Shown here: piece after piece, positions 24,974 to 37,562 of the stretch
How the letters are laid out: every line of letters starts with the position of its first letter
Position numbering within the stretch: the first letter of the stretch is position 1
From: Octopus sinensis
Taxonomy: Eukaryota
Assembly: GCF_006345805.1 (NCBI RefSeq)
Contig: NW_021826202.1
Coordinates: forward strand, 1 to 45,715
Reading direction: 5' to 3'
Length of the DNA: 45,715 nt
The notes under the pieces: model-generated
The model's database searches: none
What the model was told of the DNA's origin: nothing
What the model saw: the letters and a program-made list of their open reading frames with translations, nothing else
Program-made: the position numbers and the translations under genes

Positions 24974-25110
24974 CTATATACATACATGTACATATAGATT
25001 CATACATACACATGTTTATATATACATGCATATATAGAGATACCATTTTATGTATACCTACATACTGTATATATACACATACACACGTGTACAAAGATGT
25101 GTGTGTATAC
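22800..25110. repeat. Clustered TA/TG/CA/TC microsatellites
   Basis: Main blocks 22800-23330, 23600-24300 and 24620-25110. Confidence 0.85.
23376..23586. repeat. Degenerate inverted repeat (old fold-back or MITE-like element)
   Basis: Left arm ATTATATA..ACGACT..AATCTTTTATTAAA..TTTTCATAT..CCTTAT is mirrored by ATAAGG..ATATGAAAAA..TTTAATAAAA..GATT..AGTCGT..TATATAAT. Confidence 0.55.
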
Positions 25111-25569
25111 ACTTACCTTGGTTTCTCATAGACTTAGTCCTCGGTAAAGACTTCGGAGCGGGAGTGGGGAAATTATTTGAGCATTACTGCGTGTGTTCAA
25201 TATTTGAGCATCTCTGGATCTTGCCTGTTGACTTTATGTATGTATGTATGTATATATATGCATGTACGTACGTGCACGAAAAAAACCCCCAGGAAACAGC
25301 TAAGTCATATATGAAACACACTACGAAAGCAAAGTTATATTCATGAGTTTAATAATCGTTCATATATTTCTACAAAGCGCGACAACATCGCGTCGCTGAC
25401 TTCATTTCATTCACAAGTTGAGACCAAAAAGGTGTTCAAACGTTAATAGGGTTAAGAATGCTAGTGTTGGAAACTAAGGGATTTTGGAAGATTTTTTTTT
25501 ATTACTATGAGAAATCCTGAAGAAACGCATTCACAGACAACTGCACACATGTTTATGTATGTGTGTGTG

Positions 25570-25607
<38 letters not shown>

Positions 25608-25610
<3 letters not shown>

Positions 25611-25975
25611 ATATAAACGGCAGTTTGTCTGTGCGTGTTTCTGTGTGTCTGTTTGCTTGTACCTTCACCCTGACCACGGCTTTCAACCGATTCTGATGAA
25701 ACTTGACACACTCATAGCCCAATGTCATAATTCAAAACTAACGCAGCGAAAATTTTGAAAAGTTCCCCCAGTTCTGAAAAAAATCGATAAATTCGACATG
25801 GGGTCCAGAATCAGAAACACAAACTGTCTAGGGGACGCAACTCACCTTTTTTAACTAAAAAAAAAAATTACCATCATTTTTTCCCATTTTTTTGCTATTT
25901 TTTGGCTAAACTCTCTAAAAATGCTTTATAGTTATTTCCCTTACAAACCTGAGCAACGCCGGGCGATACTGCTAG
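25608..25975 (+). mobile_element. Non-autonomous Helitron-like element, family H1
   Basis: A|TC start (TCTATATAAACGGCAGTTTGTCTG), CCCG/CGGG-type hairpin about 8 nt before a CTAG|T end; three copies in the window. Confidence 0.75.
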
Positions 25976-27123
25976 TATATATATATATAATATAATATAT
26001 ATATGTATATATATAAGAACATTGTGTGAAGAAGAACGAAACGAAACGAACGAATCGAATCGAAACGACGCGAGGGCGCTCAGTCATACAATAGTGTAAT
26101 AAATAAAATATATGCATACATACATACATACATATATGTACGCACCTACATCTACATGTATATATACATGTTTATTGGACACCCTGCGGGATGAAAAACA
26201 AAACCCGTCAAATGGTGGAGGAACTCTTGAGAGTCAACGGCCAACCAATAAATGTCTTAAGGCTGTATCATGCGCGGGGACATAGAAATAATTGGACTAA
26301 ATACCCGATCGCGCGGTTAAACCATTGGGAGTGAAGGACTCCTAGCCTTTGTTAGGGCATCCTACTATGAGAAGGTAACTCAAGTAACTGGGATAACTCA
26401 GACATAAAACCTGTGGCTCAGTGGTTACCGATGATGTTGACTTGTTCTTCTTTTCGGATTATTGCTGCTGTTGCTTCGTGAGTGGGATTGACTCAGTGCA
26501 CAGCGTTTCCTCACTTTAAAAAAAATCTTCTTGGACAGGCATTGCACGATAACTACATTGATTAAGCTTCGTGCAATGGCCATATATCGATAACGAGGGG
26601 GGAACCACCATGTATGTATGTATGGATGGATGGATGGATGGATCAAGAGTCATACAAGGGACTCACATTGCATCATTTATGCCTCTTTTCAGTGATTCCT
26701 TCTAGCAATGGCTTTGTTCGTATACGAGAAAGCAGCTACTGAGTAGGTACGCACTTACGTACGTATGTATGTACGTACGTATGTATGTGTGTATGTACGG
26801 ACGTATGTACGAAATATCTGTAATATAGATAACTATGAAGCTTTGGAACTTCAGAGGTCGGAAATAATGTAAAAATAACCTAAATTCATATGTATGGTGG
26901 ATTTGCCGTAACTTTTGTATGTGTGTATTATAATATGTATGTATGTGTTTCTCCCCTCCCCTCTCTCGTAACACTATTCCATCGTGAGATTTCTACGAAG
27001 CTAACATCCTAATTAGATGAATTCCTACCTGTGTACTCAACCCCGATATATACTGATTGTTGTCCATAGGGATTTCCATCCTCAAAAACCTGAGACCTAT
27101 TTATTATTGTTATTATTATTATT

Positions 27124-27158
<35 letters not shown>

Positions 27159-27206
27159 TATTATTATTATTATTATTATTAGTATTATTGTTGTTGTTGT
27201 TGTTAA

Positions 27207-27448
27207 GGCATCGAGTTGGTAGAATCTTTAACGTGTAAGGTAAAATTACTTAGCGGTATTTCGCCCGTCCCTACGTTCTGAGTTCAAAATCCGCTGCGGT
27301 CGTCTCTTTGCCTTTCATCCTTTCGGGGTCGAAAAAATAAATACCGGTTGAGCACTGGGGTCAATGTAATCGACTCATCCCCTCCCACAAAATTGCTGCT
27401 CATGTGGCAAAATTTGAAACCATTATTATTTATTATTATTATTATTAT

Positions 27449-27480
<32 letters not shown>

Positions 27481-27628
27481 TATTATTATTATTATTATTA
27501 TTATTAAGGCGGCATGCTGGACGAAAAACTTAGCGGTTTTTCGTCTGCCGTTACGTTCTGAGTTCAAATTCCGCCGAGGTTGACTTTGCCTTTCATCCTT
27601 TCGGGATCGATAAATTAAGTACCAGTTA
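27207..27628 (+). mobile_element. Two SINE family B copies separated by (ATT)n(ATC)n tails
   Basis: 27207-27420 with the AAAATTGCTG..TTTGAAACC tail; 27508-27628 is truncated where a family A copy begins. Confidence 0.75.
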
Positions 27629-27701
27629 CGTAAACACACCAGCATCGGTTGTCAAGCGATGTTGGGGGGATAAACACATACACACAAACATATACACGCA
27701 G

Positions 27702-27732
<31 letters not shown>

Positions 27733-27892
27733 CTTACATACATATACATACATATATATATGTATATATATATATATATACGACGGGCTTTTTTCAGTTT
27801 CCGTCTACCAAATCCACTCACAAGGCTTTGGTCGGCCCGAGGGCAGATACATACATACATACATACATACATACATACACACATACACACAT

Positions 27893-27933
<41 letters not shown>

Positions 27934-28150
27934 CGACGGGCTTCTTTCAGTTTCCGTCTACCAAATCCACTCACAAGGCTTTGGTCGGCCCGAGGTAATA
28001 GTAGAAGACACTTACCCAAGGTGTCACGCAGTGGCTGAACCCGGAACTATGTTGTTCGTAAGCAGCTACTCTATTTCATATAATTTGCCATTTAGGCATT
28101 TACAAAGAGGGGACAAACAAGCAAGCTACTCACCCACAGCCACTCCTATG

Positions 28151-28152
<2 letters not shown>
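27628..28152 (-). mobile_element. SINE family A with internal duplication
   Basis: Module CGACGGGCTT.TTTCAGTTTCCGTCTACCAAATCCACTCACAAGGCTTTGGTCGGCCCGAG occurs at about 27781 and 27934. Confidence 0.8.
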
Positions 28153-28197
<45 letters not shown>

Positions 28198-29095
28198 TAT
28201 ATATATATATATATATATATTATATTTATTTCCATTTTGTTGTACTTCAATTTCCTCTCCCTCTTTTCTTCTTCCCCAATTTTCCTTCTTCTCTTACCCC
28301 TTCTCTTTTCTTCCCTCATCAGTTTCTTCTCCCTCCCTCCCAATTCCTATTTCTTCCCTCCACCTTTCTACCATCTCGTTCGTTTTCTCCTTTCCTTCTC
28401 TCCCTCTCTTCTACCTCCATTCCTGCTCCGTCCTCTTCGCTCATCTTCCGCCTTCGGCACCACGTCATCCACCCCGACATCACGTCACTGATTTATTTAT
28501 TCCCTCGAGTTCAATTTTATTCTTCTTTTCATCTGAAATTCACTCAACAGACGTTGCTTGTTTTTATTAGCGTGTGTATACGTGTGCGACTGTGTTCTTA
28601 TGTATATGTGTATATACGCTTGTGTTTGCGTTTATGCCATCAGTAACGAATGCAGTTGGCTGATGTCAGTTGTGCAAACGCTATGTAAATATATTACACC
28701 CTCATACCATAATCATGCATACTCTAGTTATGTAATATTTAAATGGTTTTAGTACTTTATGTTTGCAATTAACTAAAAGCTCATTCCTTTTCTGTAATAA
28801 GTTATTACATGCTAGCATGATTTATATAGCTTCACGTGTGCATAAACGACATTCACGCGGCCAAACCTCGTACGGTTTCACAAAGATTAGAATACTCCAT
28901 TTAAGTTTACATTCGATGTCTATAAAATTTTGAGTTTTCATATGTATTTCGACAGTGACGTCGAATATCTTCTGATTTGAGAAGGATTGCTTGTGTAAGT
29001 AATACCTAATTTTGAAAAACTTGCGCTTAATTCCATTGGGCGCCTCCACAATCTATATATATATATATTATATATATATATATATATACCACATA

Positions 29096-29270
29096 CGAGC
29101 AAAACGCCCTCCGTCCAATGCAACCTTTTCAATAGTCTTGAGTATTGAAAAGGTTGCAAGACGCAACGAAAATTTTAGGAAAATAAAAATAAGAAGAAAA
29201 GTGGAAATTTTACGGCGGGTGTGTTACATTATAAGGCACAAAAAGAAAATGACTCTCTCCAGACACAACA

Positions 29271-29275
<5 letters not shown>
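29096..29275 (-). mobile_element. Helitron-like 3' end of family H3 type with a 16-bp perfect hairpin
   Basis: Reverse complement ends CATTGGACGGAGGGCGTTTTGCTCG|T, like 44374-44397; TGCAACCTTTTCAATA (29119-29134) pairs with 29143-29158. Confidence 0.5.
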
Positions 29276-29318
<43 letters not shown>

Positions 29319-29711
29319 TATATTTGTGTGTAAAAAGCGAGGGAAGATCCAGATAGACCAACAGGCAGTTTAGAAAATGAGAACAGGAATTAGGGCGATC
29401 TTTGTTGTGGAGAAGATTACGATGATCGTGGTATTGCCGATGGTGTTAAGGATCGAGTTAGTAGTAGGGGGCGACTGGTGTTGTATCAGGAAAGATGAAG
29501 GAACCAACATCTGGAAGGTTCCAGGGGTCACGCTTGGCTAACTCATCATTGTTAGTTTCAAACTGTAATTAGAATTGGTTACCGTGATATTTATTGCACC
29601 TGTTTATAGTCTGTCCCCTTGTGTGTTTACCGAACTGTGTGTATGGTCTACTATGTAATACATACGTACATACATATATAGACACATACATACATGTGTG
29701 TGTGTTTGTTT

Positions 29712-29775
<64 letters not shown>

Positions 29776-29805
29776 TCTCTATGTTTAGCCCCTTGTGGGC
29801 AATAA

Positions 29806-29869
<64 letters not shown>

Positions 29870-29929
29870 CATACTATATATGTAGTTAGCCGTACAGATT
29901 AGATGTAGACATAGGCAGACAGACGGACG

Positions 29930-30045
29930 GATGGACGGACGGGCAATTAGGCCGAGGCGGACAGACAGACAGAGGTAAACAAATAGATCTATAGAGGTAT
30001 AGAGAAATAGGTAGGCATATAGGCAGATATACAGAGTGATAGATT

Positions 30046-30078
<33 letters not shown>

Positions 30079-30240
30079 ATAGATAGTTGGATACATGGAT
30101 AGATAGATAGATAGATAGGTAGGTAAGTAGGCGCAGATAGATAGATAGATAGACAGATAGGTAGGCAGGTAGAGAGGTAGGTAGGCAGATATACAGAGTG
30201 ATTTATAGATAGATAGAGAAAGAGAGAGAGAGACAGGGTA
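29930..30240. repeat. (GATA)/(GACA)/(GGTA) microsatellite
   Basis: Seen directly. Confidence 0.85.
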
Positions 30241-30863
30241 ATAGATGTTTAATTTCCTGTGTGAAATAAAAACAAAATAACAATCATCTTTGCGATTGTG
30301 CTCAAATCATAGCAATTAACAAGGAAAAGAGAAATGCATGCACACATGCATCGATACATGCTTGCATCCTTACATGCAGCGGTACCTACCATCGTGGATG
30401 CATTTGGCTATGTAAGTATGAATTTTGCTCAATAACGTAAAAATGTTAGGATTTTCTAAGAGCAAAAGAAACTGACAAATCTCCTTCAAACCCGGCCTTA
30501 TTAGCGGCACAGTTAAAATCTGCAAAACATTCCAAAGATTCGCCGTCTGAGAATCTTTAAGTGAGAAAAGGCAAAAAAAAAAAAGGAAAGAAAGCGCGAG
30601 GCGTATAAAGAATGAGAGAAAGAGGCACGATAAAGAGAGGGGAGAGGGAGAGAGAAAGTGAGATAGAGAGGAGAAAGAGAGAGAGAGAGAGAAACAGAAT
30701 GGTAGAGGGAACACCATAAAGAAAGATTAATGGGACTTTTCAGTAAAAAAAATATATAAAGGGTAACAAATATCTCGCCTTACTCTCGCAAAAATAACGA
30801 AAATAAAACAAAACAAAACAGAATGTTTGCCAAAGTTAAGCATCTGGATGACAGACCTCTCTC

Positions 30864-30905
<42 letters not shown>

Positions 30906-31096
30906 TCTATATATATATATATCCTTCTAAGTACCCAACCTTCTACTGATTTTTGAGACGTCTTCATAACGATAAAGATGTTGCTATTCATCTCTCTGAC
31001 TATCCATCTTCTGTACCTGTCCATCAAAAGTCTATCAGTTACCTACCTGCCTCTCAAGGTGTTTGTTTGTTTGTGTGCGTATGCGTCTATGTGTGA

Positions 31097-31152
<56 letters not shown>

Positions 31153-31184
31153 AAATTTATAGAATATATATCTTTTATCAGCAT

Positions 31185-31482
31185 CGACTGCGGCTATGTT
31201 GGGACACCATGTTGAAGGTTTTTAGTCGAACAAATCGACCCCAGTATATATTTCCTTTTCAAGGCTGATACTTATCCTATTGTGTGTTTTTTTCTTTATT
31301 TGCCGAACCGCTAAGTTACATAAACCAACACCAGTTGTCAAACACTGTATGTGTGTGCGGGGAGGAGGTAAACGAACATAGACACACACACACACACACA
31401 CACATATACATATATATATATATATATACACAAGCTTTTTTTCAGTTTCCTTTACCAAATCCACTCACAAGGTTCTGGTCGG

Positions 31483-31550
<68 letters not shown>

Positions 31551-31710
31551 GACAGGATTTTTTGAGTTTCCTTCTACGAAATCCACTCACAAGGTGTCTG
31601 GTCGGACCCAGGCTATAATAGAAGCAACTTCTCCAAGGTGCTCTGCAGCGGGACTGAACACTGGATCACGTGGTTGAGAAGAAAACTTCTTACCACATAA
31701 TCACACTTCT
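31185..31710 (-). mobile_element. Diverged SINE family A with internal duplication
   Basis: CAAATCGACCCCAG, TTGCCGAACCGCTAAGTTAC, two AAATCCACTCACAAGG..TGGTCGG modules and a GCGGGACTGAAC head. Confidence 0.7.
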
Positions 31711-31769
31711 CTCTCTCTCATTCGTATATATATTAATATATATATATATATAAATAAAGTTATAATCCA

Positions 31770-31965
31770 AACATGAAAACACAAAGAGAAAACACAAAAC
31801 ACAACGCGAGGACGTGGAACAAATATGTATTATTGGACGCTCAGGAAAGAAGGAGGGTTTAACGTTTCGAGCGGAGCTCTTCGTCGGAAACATAGGAAAA
31901 GGAAAGATCTAGAGAAGGGAAGACAGAGGGAAAAAAATCGCCAACGGTACACACGCGGTCACATT
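31770..31965 (-). mobile_element. Short dispersed element with a type I hammerhead-like motif
   Basis: Reverse complement CCGACGAA-GAGC-TCC-GCTC-GAAACGTT...AGCGTC; related to 1365-1555; TA tracts on both sides. Confidence 0.55.
31830..31892 (-). ncRNA. Candidate type I hammerhead ribozyme (one core variant, weak stem I)
   Basis: Core C(C)GACGA, stem II GAGC/GCUC, GAAA, stem III ACGUU/AGCGU and a GUC cleavage triplet in the expected order. Confidence 0.35.
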
Positions 31966-31993
31966 TTGAAAAGAACCGGAAGGAAAATATATT

Positions 31994-32042
<49 letters not shown>

Positions 32043-32399
32043 ATATGTGTGGTGTGTGTCCGTGTGTCTTCCCGTCTGCATCTATTTGTCTTTTCTGTCT
32101 ATTTTTATGCATTCATATTTCTATTGTTGTCTTGAACAAAATTACAAAACAAAACAAAAATACACACACACACACACACACAGAGAGAAATGGTGAACTA
32201 AAAAACGAGAAGAGTTACTATTCGGGAGGGGGGTGGGGGAGACGACTGCCTGGGGATCGAGTTATATCAGCAGAGGGTAACCGATGTAGAGGGCAATGAG
32301 AAGAAAGAACCTGTCTCTTCGGTTTCCTTTTTGCCTCGAGTCATGTTATTGTTGTCTACATTATTGTTTTCAGATTGAGGATAGGGGGGCGGGCGAGGT

Positions 32400-32603
32400 G
32401 GATTGGTGGTGGTGGTGGTGGGAGGGAGAGGAATATGAGAGTGAAAGAGGACAGAGGGAGTGGTGGCGGTAGTAGTAGTAGTAGTAGTAGTGGTAGTAGT
32501 AGTGGTGGTGGTGGTGGTGGTGGTGGTGGTGGTGGTGGTGGTGGTAGTGGTGGTAGTAGTAGTAGTGGTAGTGGTAGTAGTGGTAGTGGTAGTAGTGGTA
32601 GTG

Positions 32604-32643
<40 letters not shown>

Positions 32644-32690
32644 TAGTAGTAGTAGTGGTAGTAGTAGTAGTAGTACTGGTAGTAGTTAAC
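32400..32690. repeat. (GGT)n/(AGT)n trinucleotide repeat
   Basis: Seen directly; source of the poly-V/T/S/G ORFs. Confidence 0.92.
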
Positions 32691-32869
32691 GGGAAGAACA
32701 TCCTAACAATAATCTGCTGAAACGCAGACAAACCGAACCATATTTTTTAAATGTGATCTTGCACACACACACACACACACACACATACACACACACACAC
32801 AGATATACACACATAGACATAAAAATATATAACATGTATGTATATATATATATGTGTGTGTGTGTGTGT

Positions 32870-33140
32870 GGAGGCACATGGCCTGGTGGTTAGAGCAGCG
32901 GTCTCGCGGTCGAGGGAGCGCGGGTTCGAATCTCAGACCGGGCGATGTGTGTGCTTATGAGCGAAAACACCTAAGCTCCACGCGGCTCCGGCAGAAGGTA
33001 ATGGCGAAACTTCTGCTGACTCTTCCGCCACAACTTTCTCTCACTCTTTCCTCCTGCATCTTGCAGCTCACCTACGACGGACCGGCGTCCCGTCCAGGTG
33101 GGGAACCTATACGCCAAGGAAACCGGGATACCGGCCCTTA
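32870..33140 (+). mobile_element. tRNA-derived SINE, family C-related
   Basis: GGAGGCACATGGCCTGGTGGTTAGAGCAGCGG...GGTTCGAATCTC (A and B boxes); tail GGCGTCCCGTCCAGG..GAAACCGGG. Confidence 0.8.
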
Positions 33141-33399
33141 GGCGGAGGGTATTTACAGTCGTGCTTGTTTGTTTTTGTCCGTGGACAAAGTATCACAAGA
33201 ACTGCTGGATGGATTCGGATGAAACTTTCAGGAATGTTTGGCCTTGTGATTGGCACACACTGATTAGATTTTGGGATCGATCTTGTTTAAGATGTTAACG
33301 TAATTTCTGGGAGATTTGACAACAGTTTCTAACTGTCTCGTGTGATCACACAGATGCCTTGTTGATTCGCAGAAAAGAAAGTTTGTTAAAAAGGTAAAG

Positions 33400-33575
33400 T
33401 TACCTTCGCGAGGTAAGGGCCGGCTTCCCGGTTTCCATGTCGTATATATTCCTCGCCTGGACGGGACGCCCTTTTGTCAACTGAGTGGACTGGAGCAAGG
33501 GAAATGGAGTGTTTTGCTCAAGAACGCAACTTGTTGCACAGTCCAGGAATCGAAACCGCGATCTTACGATCATAC
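33400..33575 (-). mobile_element. SINE family C, internally shortened
   Basis: Reverse complement of the head (GGTTTCGATTCCTGGAC), central CTTGAGCAAAACAC..CCAGTCCACTCAG and tail CGTCCCGTCCAG..GAAACCGGG. Confidence 0.7.
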
Positions 33576-33713
33576 TTGTAAAACCCAAAACGAAAACGAC
33601 GTGCCTTCTCTGAGAGGAGAGAGTAGTTTTGTATGTATGGATTACTTTTGTAGACGACATATAAGAGTTCTGCTACATCCTATTGAGAAAACTGCACATA
33701 AGATTTGTTTATG

Positions 33714-33962
33714 TGGAGTCGCGTGGCTTCGTGGTTAGGGTGTCAGTATCATGATCGTAAGATTGTGGTTTCGATTCCTGGATCGGGCGACGCGTTGTGT
33801 TCTTGAGCAAACCACTTCATTTCACGTTGCTCCAGTCCACTCAGCTGGCAAAAATGAGTAACGCTGCTGTGGACTGGCGTCCCGTCCAGCTGGGGAACAC
33901 ATAAGCCATAGAAACCGGGAAACCGGGCCCAGGAGCTTGGCTAGGCTTTGAAAGGGCGCATT
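33714..33962 (+). mobile_element. SINE family C
   Basis: GGAGTCGCGTGGCTTCGTGGTTAGGGTG..GGTTTCGATTCCTGG; closely similar to 41871-42120. Confidence 0.85.
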
Positions 33963-34029
33963 TATTTTTTTTAAAGATTTGTTTATAATGGTCAGAATGT
34001 TCGTTATACCTTAGCTCAATCCTTCCATC

Positions 34030-34205
34030 AAATCGATATTTCCTGTACAGGTGCACGGTGTGCCACGCATCAACACCTCAGGTGTCAAAGTGATCGCAAA
34101 GCAACGTGATATGAAGAATTTTGCTCAAACACATGAAGCATTGACCTGTCCGGGAATCGAAACCGTGATTTCGCGATCGTGAGTGCAACACACTGACCAC
34201 TAATC
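34030..34205 (-). mobile_element. Diverged tRNA-head SINE with a different body
   Basis: Reverse complement TAGTGGTCAGTGTGTTGCACTCACGATC..GGTTTCGATTCCCGGAC..TTGAGCAAAA. Confidence 0.6.
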
Positions 34206-34523
34206 TCACCCTGAAATTATAGAGAAGCGTTTTGAAACCCAACTCAATTCACCCGTTGATTTTTCTTACCTAAAACCCTAACCACAAAGCCATTTGCTCT
34301 CTTTGCAGTTCAATGGACTGTGACTTGAAATGTTCGACAGTTGAAATCTTCGCAACAATTGGCTATTGGACTTATCGATCAAATTCTTCAATGAACTTTT
34401 ATCAGTAGCTTCTTGTTGTAAATATCTTCAGTTTTCTTTAGCTTAAATGATATTTAATTCTTACCGAGAAAGACACACCAGCCCTTTAAAATATTGTGAT
34501 GGCATCTGTAGAATATACATACA

Positions 34524-34940
34524 CAGGAGTGGCTGTGTGGTTTGCTTACCAACCACATGGTTCCGGGTTCATTCCCACTGCGTGGCACCTTGGGCAATTG
34601 TCTTCTTCTATAGCCTCGGGCTGACCAAAGACTTGTGAGTGGATTTGGTAGACGAAAACTAAAAGAAGCCCGTCGTATATATGTGGATATATTATATATA
34701 TATATATATATCTATATATATATGGATATATATGTATGTTGGTGTGGTCTGTGTTGTCCCCACCAACGTCGCTTGACAACCGATGCTGGTGTTGTTTACG
34801 TCCCGTAACTAGCGGTTCGGCAATAGAGACCGATAAAATAAGTACTAGCTTACAAAGAATAAGTCCTGGGGTCGATTTGATCGACTAAAGGCGGTGCTCC
34901 AGCATGGCCGCAGTCAAACGATTGAAACAAGTAGAAGAGT
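34524..34940 (+). mobile_element. SINE family A, near full length
   Basis: Collinear with 10554-10963. Confidence 0.88.
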
Positions 34941-34964
34941 ATACATCAAGCATGTATGCACACA

Positions 34965-35072
34965 CAAAGGGTAAACTGATTACATCGACCCCAGTATGCA
35001 ACTGGTACTGATTTTAGCGAGATCGAAAGGATGAAGGGCAAAGTCAAACCCGGCAGCATTTGAGCTCAGAGG
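34965..35072 (-). mobile_element. SINE family B fragment
   Basis: ATCGACCCCAGT..AACTGGTAC..GAAAGGATGAAGGGCAAAGTC. Confidence 0.65.
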
Positions 35073-35349
35073 TACGGGTTAACGGGTTACCAGTTCGTAG
35101 CGGGATTTGAGCGTCTTTACTTGACTGTATAAAGTTGAAGTTCGTATTCACAATGTCGGAATATTTTAAAGGAAAAGCAATGATATAGACACAATGCACA
35201 TCTAGTTTCGCTTGGAGGTACCGGCGTGTGTCAGTTTGTGTAACAAGATTCGTATGTGTATGAATATATTTGTATAACTATAAGCACATATATACACTAT
35301 ATTTGTGTGCGCGTGTGTATTTATACATTTTAAAGTTCATTCACACGCA

Positions 35350-36085
35350 TACATACAGACGGAGAGACAGGCTGATAGACTCATAGATAGACAGGTAGAC
35401 TGATAGATAGACAGACAGTCAGACACAGACAGATACAGACACAGACAGATACACACACAGACAGATACAGACACAGACACAGACAGATACAGACACAAAC
35501 ACATACAGACACAGACAGATACACACACAGACACAGACAGATACACACACAGACACAAACAGATACAGACACAAACACATACAGACACAGACAGATACAG
35601 ACACAAACACATACAGACACAGACAGATACAGACACAAACAGATACAGACACAGACAGATACACACACAGACAGATACAGACACAGACAGATACAGACAG
35701 ATACAGACACAGACAGATACAGACATAGACACAGACAGATACAGACACAAACACATACAGACACAGATACACACACAGACACAGACAGATACAGACACAG
35801 ACAGATACAGACACTAACACAGACACAGACAAATACAGACAGACACTAACACAGACACAGACAGATACAGACAGACACTAACACAGACACAGACAGATAC
35901 AGACAGACACTAACACAGACACAGACAGATACAGACAGACACTAACACAGACACAGACAGATACAGACACACACAGACACAGACAGACAGATAGATATAT
36001 ATATAGATTGACTGACTGATAGGCAGACATATTGATAGACAGACAGACAAACAGACTGATAGATAGATAGATAGATAGATAGATA
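35350..36085. repeat. (ACAGAY)n hexamer-type repeat grading into GATA
   Basis: Seen directly. Confidence 0.9.
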
Positions 36086-36608
36086 GGTAGATATACATAC
36101 ATACACACGTGTACACGTGTGTGTAAAACTGTAACTTATGTATGTATAATCAATACTTATATAATATATACATGTATACACACACCCACACACAGATATA
36201 CTTACATATCCATTTATACATTCATAAACACACTTCTACAAACACAAACACACACACATCGATGTATACATATCTACACACACACACATGCATAAACATG
36301 TGTGTACACACGCCCTCGCGCACACATATATTAGTGTCCCCCCCACCCCATCCCCCACGCTTGCACACTCCGTCTTTGTCTGTCTGTGATGTCTTACAGC
36401 TGAGTCTACCATACAACAGAATGGGAATCATTCTGCATGTTCGTTAAAATATTCTTCTCTTCCTTTCTTTGCATTATTTCATATTTTTGTTCTTTATGAT
36501 TTTTCATCGTCTCTCTCTAAAAACAACACAAGATGACTTAAGCTTTCAACATTTCATCTACACCAGCTCTACACAACACACCCACAGACCTACATACATA
36601 TATATATA

Positions 36609-36650
<42 letters not shown>

Positions 36651-36852
36651 TCTTTACTCTTTTACTCTTTTTACGTTTTCAGAGTCATTTGACTGTGGCC
36701 ATGCTGGGCACCGCCTTTAGTCGAGCAAATCGACCCCAGGACTTATTCTTTTTGTAAGCCCAGTACTTATTCTATCGGTCCCTTTTGCCGAACCCTAAGT
36801 TACGGGGATGTAAACACGCCAGCATCGGTTGTCAAGCGATGTTGGTGGGACA

Positions 36853-36891
<39 letters not shown>

Positions 36892-37025
36892 CGACGGGCT
36901 TCGGTCAGTTTCCGTCTACCAAATCCACTCACAAGTAGGAGACACTTGCCCAAGCTTCCACACAGTGGGACTGAACCCGTAAGCATGTGGTTGGTAAGCA
37001 AGCTACTTACCACACAGCCACTCCT
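36651..37025 (-). mobile_element. SINE family A with a small internal deletion
   Basis: Collinear reverse complement; lacks the GGCTTTGGTCGGCCCGAGGCTAT segment. Confidence 0.85.
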
Positions 37026-37400
37026 ATATATATATATATATATATATCTATATTGTATAGAGGGCATTATTACACCTAAATGCCTCACACTAGGATGGGA
37101 CAAAGTCATTACTACCAAAAATTATACTATCATACCCAAAATGCAGTTTTTCAAAAGCAGACATTTAAAAAATGAATTTAGTTCTGTATCACCGGATTTC
37201 ACATTCAACTTACGGCTAATGATCATCAGCAGAACTGATTCTGAACACATCATAAATAAACTACAAACCTTACGTAGCGAAGACGAACAGACAACTGCTC
37301 ACTCCGGCCAAGCACATGGAATGTTTATAAATCATATATCCGGTAAAATGGCGGGCTTTTTACGAACTGCATGTCGGGTAATGAAAAGTATTTCGGAATA

Positions 37401-37562
37401 GTTTAACAATTAAGATAATCTCTTAATAAGGGATCTTAACAAGAAATTATCGGGTAGCTAGCGTGAAAACCTTCTTTTCTTTTCTTTTATGAGGTTTTCA
37501 CGCTAGCTACCCGATAATTTCTTGTTAAGATCCCTTATTAAGAGATTATCCTTAATGTTAAA

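Noticed and set aside
25105-25125. Minus-strand CAAG|GTAAGT as a second recursive site or donor
   Set aside because: No upstream pyrimidine tract or matching acceptor; an isolated donor-like motif is expected by chance.
26170-26425. Possible LINE 5' UTR fragment
   Set aside because: Only a vague recollection of similarity; single copy in the window with no ORF or tail to support it.
30115-30130. AGGTAAGT motif
   Set aside because: Embedded in a GATA/GGTA microsatellite with a purine-rich upstream context.
33150-33300. Helitron-like head fragment (GGATGAAACTT motif)
   Set aside because: Short similarity to H1 without TC or CTAG termini; not enough to call.
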